Source: a bacterium
Lineage (GTDB): Bacteria; Zixibacteria; MSB-5A5; GN15; FEB-12
Direction: 5' to 3'
Assembly (NCBI GenBank): GCA_043811375.1
Contig: JBDRNJ010000006.1
Location: 54,296-118,295, forward strand
Length of the DNA: 64,000 nucleotides
Position numbers and translations under genes: made by a program. The notes beneath the pieces are model-generated. The model had not been told where the DNA came from. It searched no databases and saw only the letters and a list, made by a program, of their open reading frames with translations. How positions within the stretch are numbered: the stretch's first letter is position 1; each line of letters starts with the position of its first letter. Shown piece by piece: positions 47,824 to 56,146 of the stretch.

Positions 47824-48998
47824 AAATCACCACCTGACTTTGCCGACCGCCGCTTTCGGCGCAAACGTTGGATAGCCGTCAGGTACGACTGAACGGGTGC
47901 CGTCAGGGAAAACCGGAGCAGACCTTCGCCGGCATCGCCGAAGGCCGTACCCGGTACCACCATGATCCGGTGGCGGCGGTACAGCAGGCCTGCCGCCGTT
48001 GCCGCCTGCCGCCGTCGTTCAATTCTGGCCCAGATGAACGGTACCGTATCAAAGCCGGTTCTCTGAAGGTTCAGTTGCGACAGCAGCCTGGAAGCTTCAG
48101 CGGAACTGCCCGCCAGAGCCGTGCGGGTCTCCTTAAGCGCATCATTGGGAAACTTGCGAATGCCATCTATCGCCTGTCGGACCCACAGCCGGCAGGCAAA
48201 CCCAGGTGTTAATCGGGTGGCCAGCTTGATACCACTGATGACTTCACGATTACCGACCACGAAACCGAATGGTGCTGCCGGCAATCCAAAGTGATAGGGG
48301 AAAGAGTATACTTCCACGCCGACTTTTTTGCCGCCACTGACCGATAGCAGTGACACATGCTTGCGGGCGTCTACCGCAGCATAAGCGGCATCGTTTACGA
48401 TGATTATGTTTTCCCGGCCGGTCAGCCAGGCCAGGTCAGTCAGTTCTTTTTCGGATAGCTCGGCACCGCTGGGATTGTGAGGTGAATTGAGGAACAGCAG
48501 TGTGGCCACGCGGCCCAGGCGGGTATGTACCCGTTCAAAACGGGGTGACCAGTTATCTTTAGCACGGACGGTGTAGCTGACACATTCCCCCCCGCAGGCA
48601 GTGGTGACCCGCCGATATAGCGGAAGGCCCATCTCCGGCACAAAAGCAATATCCCCGCTGTCGATAAAGGCCAGTGCGATCGTGAACATCAGGGTGGAGA
48701 TACTGCCCCCAATGAAAATTTCCTCGGAAGGATCTACACGCACCCCGTGATAAGCTTGAAACCATGCGGCCAACTCTTCCTTGAGATGGTTCAGATCGCT
48801 TCGTTCAGCCGGTCGGAAGTCAACCGCCTCCATTTCTGACGTTTCGCCTGCAACCGGCCAGGTGAACGAGGCCAGATCTACTGTTGCCGTTTTCCTTACC
48901 AGAGATCGTTTCGGCTCTGTCGGTACCAGGGAATAGATATCGGGCGGCAATTGATACAGGCGGTTGGCCTTGTCAACCAGGACTTTCTTGACCAGCAC
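47820..48998 (-). CDS. Class I/II aminotransferase-fold protein (DapL-like) lacking the catalytic Lys
   Basis: FLNSPHNPSG, NDAAY, PGTAFG..GEGLLRFSL retained; the SxSK..GWRIG region reads SFPY..AAPFG. Confidence 0.8.
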   Translation of the reverse strand: MLVKKVLVDKANRLYQLPPDIYSLVPTEPKRSLVRKTATVDLASFTWPVAGETSEMEAVDFRPAERSDLNHLKEELAAWFQAYHGVRVDPSEEIFIGGSISTLMFTIALAFIDSGDIAFVPEMGLPLYRRVTTACGGECVSYTVRAKDNWSPRFERVHTRLGRVATLLFLNSPHNPSGAELSEKELTDLAWLTGRENIIIVNDAAYAAVDARKHVSLLSVSGGKKVGVEVYSFPYHFGLPAAPFGFVVGNREVISGIKLATRLTPGFACRLWVRQAIDGIRKFPNDALKETRTALAGSSAEASRLLSQLNLQRTGFDTVPFIWARIERRRQAATAAGLLYRRHRIMVVPGTAFGDAGEGLLRFSLTAPVQSYLTAIQRLRRKRRSAKSGGDL

Positions 48999-49010
48999 CG
49001 GTGCCCCGAC

Positions 49011-49670
49011 TCAACCTTTGGCGTCCGTGGTTTCATCCAACCGGCAGCGCATCTTCTCCAGCCGCTGGAAATCTTGCGAGGGTATCCTCTCCACATCGCC
49101 CAGACGGCTGGCCAGAAACAGTATTTGAGCATAATGCTCGACCAGTTCGTGACGATGGAAGGCTTCATCAAGAGAGCGGCCGACCGTAACCAGGCCATGA
49201 TTGCGCAGGAGGAAGGCGTTGCAGGTTTCCACATGCGGTTCCAGCGATTTCGGAACGGCCTCGGTCCCGGGCGGAGCGTAGTCGGTCAGAGGTATCTTAC
49301 CAATCGACACCACCACCTCCGGCAAAACATCCTCGCTAATGGTCACACCTGCCACCGCAAAGGCTGTGGCGTATGGCGGGTGGGAATGGATGCAGGCGGC
49401 TACATCGGGTCGATTCCGGTAGAGAAACAAGTGCATCAGTAATTCCGACGAGGCCCCCAGCCGACCCTGAAGGTGTTTGCCGTTACCATCGATTATCACC
49501 ATGTCTTCCGCCGCCAGCCGACCCTTGGCCAGTCCGGCGGGAGTAATCATGATCCGGTCATCATCCATTCGGACCGAAATATTGCCATCGGTACCGGCGA
49601 CCAGACCCCGGTCGTAAAGTTGTCGCCCCGTCTCAGCGATGGCTTTCTTTGTTGTGATAGGTGACGTCAT
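49011..49670 (-). CDS. Class II aldolase/adducin family protein
   Basis: GTDGNISVR, ITPAG, SSELLMH, HSHPPYATA, LLRNHG. Confidence 0.92.
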   Translation of the reverse strand: MTSPITTKKAIAETGRQLYDRGLVAGTDGNISVRMDDDRIMITPAGLAKGRLAAEDMVIIDGNGKHLQGRLGASSELLMHLFLYRNRPDVAACIHSHPPYATAFAVAGVTISEDVLPEVVVSIGKIPLTDYAPPGTEAVPKSLEPHVETCNAFLLRNHGLVTVGRSLDEAFHRHELVEHYAQILFLASRLGDVERIPSQDFQRLEKMRCRLDETTDAKG

Positions 49671-49729
49671 ATCCGTCGGCAAGGTAGAGCGATTTTGACC
49701 GGTTGTCAACAGCTTCACCGCATAAGAAA

Positions 49730-49875
49730 GTCGGGACCACAGGGGTTCCGACTTAGGCGGTGTTCCCGGCAGAGACAAGCCCTGCCGCTACGCGATTAAA
49801 GGCGGCTTGCCGCTCGGGACCACCCTTCGACAAGCTCAGGACAGGCAGGGGTTCCGACCTTTTGCTGTTGAAAAA
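49730..49875. repeat. REP copies, one carrying a nested CCTTCGACAAGCTCAGGACAGGC insert, plus a GCTGTTGAAAAAG end
   Basis: GGGACCACAGGGGTTCCGAC matches the 13078-13104 unit; the second copy is interrupted at 49824-49846. Confidence 0.65.
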
Positions 49876-50023
49876 GTCAGCGATGACGGATCAATAGATG
49901 CCGCTTGCGGCCTGAAGTTTTTTTAAACCGAAGTTGTTCGGAAAGCGTTATAAAGTATGGGATTGATGAATACTGTTATAAAGAATTACAGTTACAAGGA
50001 ATTACCAGTTGCAAAGAATTACC

Positions 50024-50052
50024 TTGACATTGGGATGGAGAAATCGTATATT
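50024..50052 (+). promoter_or_regulatory. Sigma70 promoter of the Do protease gene
   Basis: TTGACA (50024-50029), 17 nt spacer, TATATT (50047-50052). Confidence 0.65.
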
Positions 50053-50083
50053 ACGAGGTTTTCTGGCTGGAGGACATGGGTAG

Positions 50084-51583
50084 TTGAAAAGGTACAATTT
50101 TTCCCCTGCAAGTAACGGCAACAGGGGGCACAAGCTGGCTGTCGTTGTAGTAGTGGCGGTGGGCTGTCTGATTGCGGGGATGATGATATCGGCCAACCTG
50201 GATGTGTCAACTCCGGTGGTGGCACAGGCTCCAATCAATATCGCTCAAACCGGACCATATCCGGTTGTCCAGCACGACGGGCAGTTTGAGTCGCCTTTTG
50301 TGGCCGTGGTTGAGCGGGTGCAGGATGCCGTAGTGAATATCTCGGCCAGGTCTCGAACCCGCGAAGACGTGCTTCCCTGGTGGCACCGAGGTTCCAATTA
50401 TGCCACATCGCAGGGGTCCGGATTCTTTTTCCGCGAGGATGGCTACATCCTGACCAATAACCACGTGGTGAAGAATGCCGTGCAACTGACCGTCAGGACC
50501 GCGTCAGGCTACGACTATGAGGCTGAACTGGTCGGCGCCGATCCCGCCACCGATCTGGCGGTACTGAAGGTTTCACCGGAAGAACCGATCACGACTATCC
50601 CCTTTGGTGATTCGGATGCTCTGAAAGTGGGGGACTGGGCTATAGCTATCGGCAATCCTTTTCCCCAACAGGGTCTGTACCGAACCGTCACGGTGGGTGT
50701 GATTTCGGCCAAGGGGCGCTCGAATCTGAATTTCGGTCGTGAAACACCGCAGTATCAGCATTATATCCAGACCGATGCCTCGATCAATCCCGGCAACTCC
50801 GGCGGGCCGCTGCTTAATCTTTTAGGCGAGTGTATCGGGGTTAATGCCGCTATTTCGACACCCACCGGCGGCTCGGTGGGCATTGGTTTTGCTATTCCGA
50901 TCAACCTGGGCCGGGCGATAGTTCCTGACCTGATTGCTCATGGCCGGGTTAGCCGGGGCTGGCTGGGTGTCTGGCTCTCGGATGTGACCGAACGTGAAGC
51001 CAAGCGGCAGGGTTTGGAGGCTGTCAGAGGGGTCAGGATTGATTCCGTTTTTAGCGGGTCGCCGGCTGATAGGGCCGGCCTTCGGAGTGGTGATATAGTG
51101 GTCGGTTTTGAAGACCGGGAGGTGACCGATGCCAGTCAGTTGTCCATTCTGGTCTCGACCATTGACGAAGGGTCGCTTGTGTCGCTGGAGGTTGTGCGTG
51201 AAGGTGAGCATCTGAGTCTGACAACCGGTATCGGCGATCGCGACACTTTTCTGGCCTCGCAGAACAGCGGAGACAGCCGAGACGATTTTTACGTGGTTCG
51301 CTGGTTAGGTATGGAATTAATGAATATCACTGACGAAATTGCCGAGGCCCTGTCGTTGGAGGCCGCTAAAGGTGTTTATGTCAGGCGGGTTTATTCCGGC
51401 AGCCCGGCCGACCGGGCTTCGATAACGAAAGGAACAATAATCCTTCAGGTGGCTAAACGAACCACCAAGTCGTTGGAGGATATTGAGAAGGTGGCTGACA
51501 GCATGAGACAGGACATCGAGCGCATCGCTCTGATTGTCCAGGAGCCTGACGGCACGATCGTCAGGAAGGTGATACGACGATAA
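50084..51583 (+). CDS. degP: Do/DegQ (HtrA) serine endoprotease with two PDZ domains
   Basis: GSGF, LTNNHVV, DLAVLK, QTDASINPGNSGGPL, two PDZ domains. Confidence 0.93.
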   Translation: MKRYNFSPASNGNRGHKLAVVVVVAVGCLIAGMMISANLDVSTPVVAQAPINIAQTGPYPVVQHDGQFESPFVAVVERVQDAVVNISARSRTREDVLPWWHRGSNYATSQGSGFFFREDGYILTNNHVVKNAVQLTVRTASGYDYEAELVGADPATDLAVLKVSPEEPITTIPFGDSDALKVGDWAIAIGNPFPQQGLYRTVTVGVISAKGRSNLNFGRETPQYQHYIQTDASINPGNSGGPLLNLLGECIGVNAAISTPTGGSVGIGFAIPINLGRAIVPDLIAHGRVSRGWLGVWLSDVTEREAKRQGLEAVRGVRIDSVFSGSPADRAGLRSGDIVVGFEDREVTDASQLSILVSTIDEGSLVSLEVVREGEHLSLTTGIGDRDTFLASQNSGDSRDDFYVVRWLGMELMNITDEIAEALSLEAAKGVYVRRVYSGSPADRASITKGTIILQVAKRTTKSLEDIEKVADSMRQDIERIALIVQEPDGTIVRKVIRR

Positions 51584-51673
51584 AGATGACAACGATATGT
51601 ATTTCTTTCATCGCCGGACCCGGAGGTCCGGTGTATCAACAACGTGTTAGGTACAAGGAGATAGTCAGAGAAA

Positions 51674-52528
51674 GTGGCTAAACAATCCCTAAAGTATCGC
51701 GATGAAGACCGGTCGCTGGACCTGTATCTTCGTGAAATAGGGGAAACACCTCTTATCAACGCCGAGGAAGAAGTGCGGCTGGCACGCAAGATCAAGCAGG
51801 GTGACAAAACAGCCCTGGAAAAACTTACCAAAGCCAATCTGCGTTTCGTTGTCTCGGTTGCCAAACAGTACCAGAATCAGGGTCTGTCCCTGGCCGATTT
51901 AATCAATGAAGGCAATATCGGCCTTATCAAGGCGGCTAAAAGGTTTGACGAGACCCGTGGATTCAAGTTTATCAGTTATGCGGTCTGGTGGATCCGGCAG
52001 GCGATTCTGCAAGCACTGGCCGAGCAGAGCCGTATTGTCAGATTGCCGCTCAACCGTGTGGGCACGCTTCACAAGATCGGCAAAATTTCCAGCCGACTCG
52101 AACAGGGCCTGGGACGGGTACCCTCGCCGGATGAAATTGCCAAGGAACTCGAACTGACTGCGGGGGAGGTTTCCGACACCCTTAAGATATCCAACTCACA
52201 CCTGTCGCTGGATGCTCCCTTTGCGGCTTCCGAAGACAACTCTCTGATAGACGTACTGGAAGATGAATTCCAGCCCTCCCCTGATGAAGCTCTTCTGAAG
52301 GATTCGCTGCGCGTTGAAATCGATAAGGCGCTGGACTCTCTCACAGCGCGTGAGGCGGAGGTTATCAACCTCTATTTCGGCCTCAACCAGGAGAAGGCCC
52401 TGACCCTTGAAGAAATCGGCGCTCGATTCTCGCTCACGCGGGAACGGGTGCGACAGATCAAGGAGAAGGCCATCCGTCGCCTGCGTCACGCTTCGCGTAG
52501 TCGCTCCCTGCGGGCTTATCTGAACTAA
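51674..52528 (+). CDS. RNA polymerase sigma-70 factor, RpoD/SigA family (short form without region 1.1)
   Basis: [56 protein letters not shown]. Confidence 0.95.
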   Translation: MAKQSLKYRDEDRSLDLYLREIGETPLINAEEEVRLARKIKQGDKTALEKLTKANLRFVVSVAKQYQNQGLSLADLINEGNIGLIKAAKRFDETRGFKFISYAVWWIRQAILQALAEQSRIVRLPLNRVGTLHKIGKISSRLEQGLGRVPSPDEIAKELELTAGEVSDTLKISNSHLSLDAPFAASEDNSLIDVLEDEFQPSPDEALLKDSLRVEIDKALDSLTAREAEVINLYFGLNQEKALTLEEIGARFSLTRERVRQIKEKAIRRLRHASRSRSLRAYLN

Positions 52529-52550
52529 ACGGGCTATCCCATACGAGATC

Positions 52551-52581
52551 AAAGCCGCCCCGCCCGGGGCGGCTTTTGTTT
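52551..52581 (+). terminator. Intrinsic terminator
   Basis: AAAGCCGCCCCG-CC-CGGGGCGGCTTTTGTTT inverted repeat with T tail. Confidence 0.85.
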
Positions 52582-52804
52582 GTGGGTCGTTTCCAATAGC
52601 AGGAATCCTGCCAGGGAGATGCCCGGTGCCCTGCTGCTACAACGACCGAAGGTGCCCTACGGCGTATGTTCTGTCTCCGGCCCGGGGTAAAATCAAAATG
52701 TTGTCACAATCACCGGTGACCGCCGGCTCCAGGATGGCAATAGTGTTGACGTGCATCAATGGAGCGTAATGTCGGCCTCACACATGATGACTTTTCTTCA
52801 TCCT

Positions 52805-54406
52805 TCAGTTACCGACTCCCTTTGGCAGGCTGGATAACTGCTGGTAGGTGAATGGGAGCGTCTTGTGTGCAAAGACCCAGTATGAGCGGTCATAATACCA
52901 ATCGTACCTGGTTTTCCCTATGAGACGGTACTGGTCTATGAACCTTGGGTCAGCTACCAAGACCTTGTGTTTCGTGTAGAAATTCGGTTCCGCCAAAGAA
53001 AACGACACAAGCACGACAATTCCTGGCCGTCGTGAAAAGAAGTACTCCTCTGACCAACCCTGTTTTACAATATGAATGTCCGTCAGTGACTTCGGATTGA
53101 TATCTACCGTGGCCAGCTTGGAGTAATAGGGAGTTGCTCCTACGTCACTGATAGCCAATAGCGTCTCGGCCGGAACGTTGTCTCTCAGCCACTCTCCTAA
53201 TGCAACCAGTGATTCCTGAGTACTGGTTTCATTTCTGATTGCATCGAATCTCAATAACGCTACAAACGAAAGATTGAGAACTACGAATGCAGTGCATAGT
53301 GCCAAATGCGGGAGTTCTCTTTTGTATGACATGGACAGTGCGCGTGGGAGGAGCGCTCGCAGCACAGGAAGCCCTGCAATTAAGAGCAGCGGAATGAGCG
53401 GAACGAAGTACCGCATGCCAGGCATCCAGTCTACGAAATTTACATAGAGGGACGCATATATTACCAGGAGAGCGAAGATAGTGTTTTCAAATAGCGGACG
53501 GTTATTTTTGGAGGAACACGGAATTAAGACCCCGATTAGAGCAACTACACCAAGCGCAATGTAGTAATAGCCGAGAGGTGCAAAATAGCGATTCTGGATC
53601 AGGAAGAAAAACTGGATATTGATATTCCACGCGTGCAACAGTGACTGGCCATCGCCACCCTTTGATAAGAGAGGTGTTGGAAAAATCTCCCCGAAATACA
53701 TGAGCCTCCAAGATTGATAAACAAGCACCAGCAAGGCGAAAAGTCCGAGACCTGCCAGCATCCACCTCATACGAGAATATGAGTGGTAGCCATTCATAGG
53801 TTTCAAGTAACGTGCAAGAATGAGATAGCCCACGACAGCTGGATAAAGCAGAAGGCCCTCTGGTCTACATAAGGTAAGAAGTGTGCATACTACGGCCAAA
53901 GATATCGACCAGACAGGACGTCCGTCGTGAATGATGCGATCGACACACAAGGTGGCTATTAGTATGAGAAGTGAAAAGAGAGGGGTCTCCATTCCAGAAA
54001 TCGAATACAGAACGAAGGGTCCGGAGGATGAAAGCAGAAGCATTACCAACATTTGCTGACCGGCAGAAAGTCGGGGGCGTATGATGAGCCAGAACACGAG
54101 TAGGTTCAGTATTCCAAAAAACAGGCCAAGATGCGGAACGAAAGAGGGTAAATCCAAGCCAAGTCGCACAGCGAGAGAGCAGAGCAGAATCCAAAGGAAG
54201 TTCGTATACCCCTCAACGGGAGTCTCTCCGGCATTGAATGTAAGCCCATTGCCGAGTGCAAGATTCTCGGCGTACCTGAACGAGATGTATGAGTCGTCCG
54301 GCAGGAACGGGGTAAGCTGTAAGGCAAGATACGTAAAAATCAGAACGCTGATAACGAGCACCAGGCGAGAAATGAGGGCCTTGTTACCGGACGGGGTGAA
54401 ATCCAT
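52805..54406 (-). CDS. Polytopic membrane protein, GT-C glycosyltransferase-like
   Basis: DDSYISFRYAEN..G.GLTFN..VEGYTNFLW, SGMETPL, RPEG motifs; many TM helices. Confidence 0.75.
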   Translation of the reverse strand: MDFTPSGNKALISRLVLVISVLIFTYLALQLTPFLPDDSYISFRYAENLALGNGLTFNAGETPVEGYTNFLWILLCSLAVRLGLDLPSFVPHLGLFFGILNLLVFWLIIRPRLSAGQQMLVMLLLSSSGPFVLYSISGMETPLFSLLILIATLCVDRIIHDGRPVWSISLAVVCTLLTLCRPEGLLLYPAVVGYLILARYLKPMNGYHSYSRMRWMLAGLGLFALLVLVYQSWRLMYFGEIFPTPLLSKGGDGQSLLHAWNINIQFFFLIQNRYFAPLGYYYIALGVVALIGVLIPCSSKNNRPLFENTIFALLVIYASLYVNFVDWMPGMRYFVPLIPLLLIAGLPVLRALLPRALSMSYKRELPHLALCTAFVVLNLSFVALLRFDAIRNETSTQESLVALGEWLRDNVPAETLLAISDVGATPYYSKLATVDINPKSLTDIHIVKQGWSEEYFFSRRPGIVVLVSFSLAEPNFYTKHKVLVADPRFIDQYRLIGKTRYDWYYDRSYWVFAHKTLPFTYQQLSSLPKGVGN

Positions 54407-54598
54407 CTTTCTCCTCAATTTCGAGCATCCAACTTGCAAAGTAATATAGTAGTGTACAAAACTATTTTATACATAAATAGCCAACCGGATAATCAAGCCT
54501 TTTCCGGAGGTGCTTGATATGTTAGTATTGGTTGACTGATTCATCTGAAACTGGCGTGGGTGAGTGGATCACCGGCGCTTGTCAAACTGGAGTATAAA

Positions 54599-55018
54599 AT
54601 GTTGACCGCTAAAATGAAGTGGGCCGGGGGGCTGAAATTCGAAGGCACCAGTGCCTTTGGCCACCTGATTATCACTGACGGAGCTAAAAAAGTCGGTGGA
54701 GAAGAAGCCGGTTACAAACCGACCGAGTTGCTGCTGTATAGTATCGCCGGTTGCACCGGGATTGATGTCGTCCGTATTCTCGAGAAACAACGTCAGAAAC
54801 TGACCTCTCTTGAGATTGAGTTGATTGCCCACCAGGGCGAGTCTTACCCGAAACCATTTCACACTATCGAGGTCAAGTTCATCGCTCGCGGGAAAGAGCT
54901 TGACGAGAAAAAGTTGGCGGCAGCTATCGAGTTGTCCGAGAGCAAGTATTGCGTGATCAGCCAGACTATCGAGAGCGAGACCAAAGTAGTCACCAGTTAT
55001 GAAATTGTACCGGAATAG
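54599..55018 (+). CDS. OsmC/YhfA family protein
   Basis: GYKPTELLL..IAGCTGIDVV..LEKQR, SESKYCVIS (two conserved Cys). Confidence 0.9.
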   Translation: MLTAKMKWAGGLKFEGTSAFGHLIITDGAKKVGGEEAGYKPTELLLYSIAGCTGIDVVRILEKQRQKLTSLEIELIAHQGESYPKPFHTIEVKFIARGKELDEKKLAAAIELSESKYCVISQTIESETKVVTSYEIVPE

Positions 55019-55071
55019 CGCGAACTTTTTGGTGCTCGGTCCGGTTCTATGTCTCAAAGGAGTATAATGAG

Positions 55072-55473
55072 ATGGAAGTGAACCAAAGAGAGAAGCTGGC
55101 CTGCCGGCGGGAGTCGCAACTGCCGTTTGATACGGTCGTAAATAATCTGCAGGAGCAGTCGGCTGCCAATCAGTTCCGGGTACTGGCGGTGCATAATGTA
55201 CAAAAGACGCTGGCCGAGAAGGGACTGGAAAGAGAACCCCTGACAATCATCGAGGTTTGTAATGCCGGGTTTGCTCACCAGGCACTGCAGCAGGCAATTG
55301 AAGTTTCCCTGTTTATGCCCTGCAAGTTTTCAGTATATACTGAAGGTAAGAAGACGGTCGTCCTGCTGGCACGCCCCGGCATGATTTCAGCTATGCTGCC
55401 GGATGCCGAGCTGGAGAAACTGGCCGGGGAGGTCGAAGACAGGCTGAAGAAGGTTATGGAAGCTGCAATCTGA
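55072..55473 (+). CDS. DUF302 domain protein
   Basis: FRVLAVHNVQKTLAEKG, IIEVCN, LFMPCK. Confidence 0.88.
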   Translation: MEVNQREKLACRRESQLPFDTVVNNLQEQSAANQFRVLAVHNVQKTLAEKGLEREPLTIIEVCNAGFAHQALQQAIEVSLFMPCKFSVYTEGKKTVVLLARPGMISAMLPDAELEKLAGEVEDRLKKVMEAAI

Positions 55474-55495
55474 CGGCAGTGTGAGCAGCCCGATT

Positions 55496-55666
55496 ATGAA
55501 GAAGAAAACAATATTATTCGTCGCTGTAGGCGGTTTGCTTGGTTTCGGCCTGTCTTTTTTGTATAATTCCTTCGGGTCGACCTGACAGCTCATGTGTAAT
55601 CCCTACCTGACAACGGTGGTAGGGGCGCTGGCCGGTGCGGTCATGTCGGGTGGAAAACGAGGTTGA
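55496..55666 (+). CDS. Putative selenoprotein, DUF6132-like two-TM peptide (UGA at 55583-55585 read as Sec)
   Basis: MKKKTILFVAVGGLLGFGLSFLYNSFGST-U-QLMCNPYLTTVVGALAGAVMSGGKRG; frame stays open past the UGA and ends 4 nt before the next ATG; SECIS-like hairpin 55601-55624. Confidence 0.7.
55601..55624 (+). promoter_or_regulatory. Candidate bacterial SECIS element 1
   Basis: CCCTACC/GGTAGGG stem; loop starts UG, 22 nt after the UGA. Confidence 0.5.
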
Positions 55667-55670
55667 CGGA

Positions 55671-55868
55671 ATGCCGATCTACGAATACAAGTGTATGGAT
55701 TGTACCAACGAGTTTGAAGAACTTGTTGGTGTGGGAGATTCTGCGCCGCCCTGCCCCTCCTGCCGGTCCGGCAATACCGTCAAGATGATCTCGTTGATTT
55801 CCGCAAGGGGTATTACCTCCGGCTGTTCCACCTGTGTGCCTTCCAATTGCTCAAGCAAACACACGTGA
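55671..55868 (+). CDS. FmdB-family zinc ribbon protein (may extend to 55874 as ...KHT-Sec-Gly)
   Basis: MPIYEYKCMDC..FEELV...CPSCRS, Cys-rich tail; stop context TGA GGT TGA. Confidence 0.88.
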   Translation: MPIYEYKCMDCTNEFEELVGVGDSAPPCPSCRSGNTVKMISLISARGITSGCSTCVPSNCSSKHT

Positions 55869-55883
55869 GGTTGACCTGATTCC

Positions 55884-55897
55884 CCTGCGGTCGCAGG
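55884..55897 (+). promoter_or_regulatory. Candidate bacterial SECIS element 2
   Basis: CCTGC-GGTC-GCAGG hairpin, loop 20 nt after the UGA at 55866. Confidence 0.5.
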
Positions 55898-55954
55898 CAA
55901 CAAGTTGCTTTTATCAACACAGTGTAATTTTCAGTTAGCACAGTATGAGTCCCT

Positions 55955-56102
55955 GTAGGTTGGTGTTCCCAGGGAGGTGGCGAAGCCACTTTCACTGACC
56001 GCGAAACCCGACCATAGCTTGACATGACCCCACCCCACCAAGGAGATGTCGGGTTTCTCATTCGTCCGTCTGACGCCGGACTCACTCGGAACGCCGACCT
56101 AC
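55955..56102. repeat. REPIN-like inverted doublet
   Basis: GTAGGTTGGTGTTCC...GGAACGCCGACCTAC outer arms; GAAACCCGAC/GTCGGGTTTC inner arms. Confidence 0.65.
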
Positions 56103-56146
56103 TGGACTACAATGTCTTGATTGGCAAAACCGCTTCGGGTTTTGTC

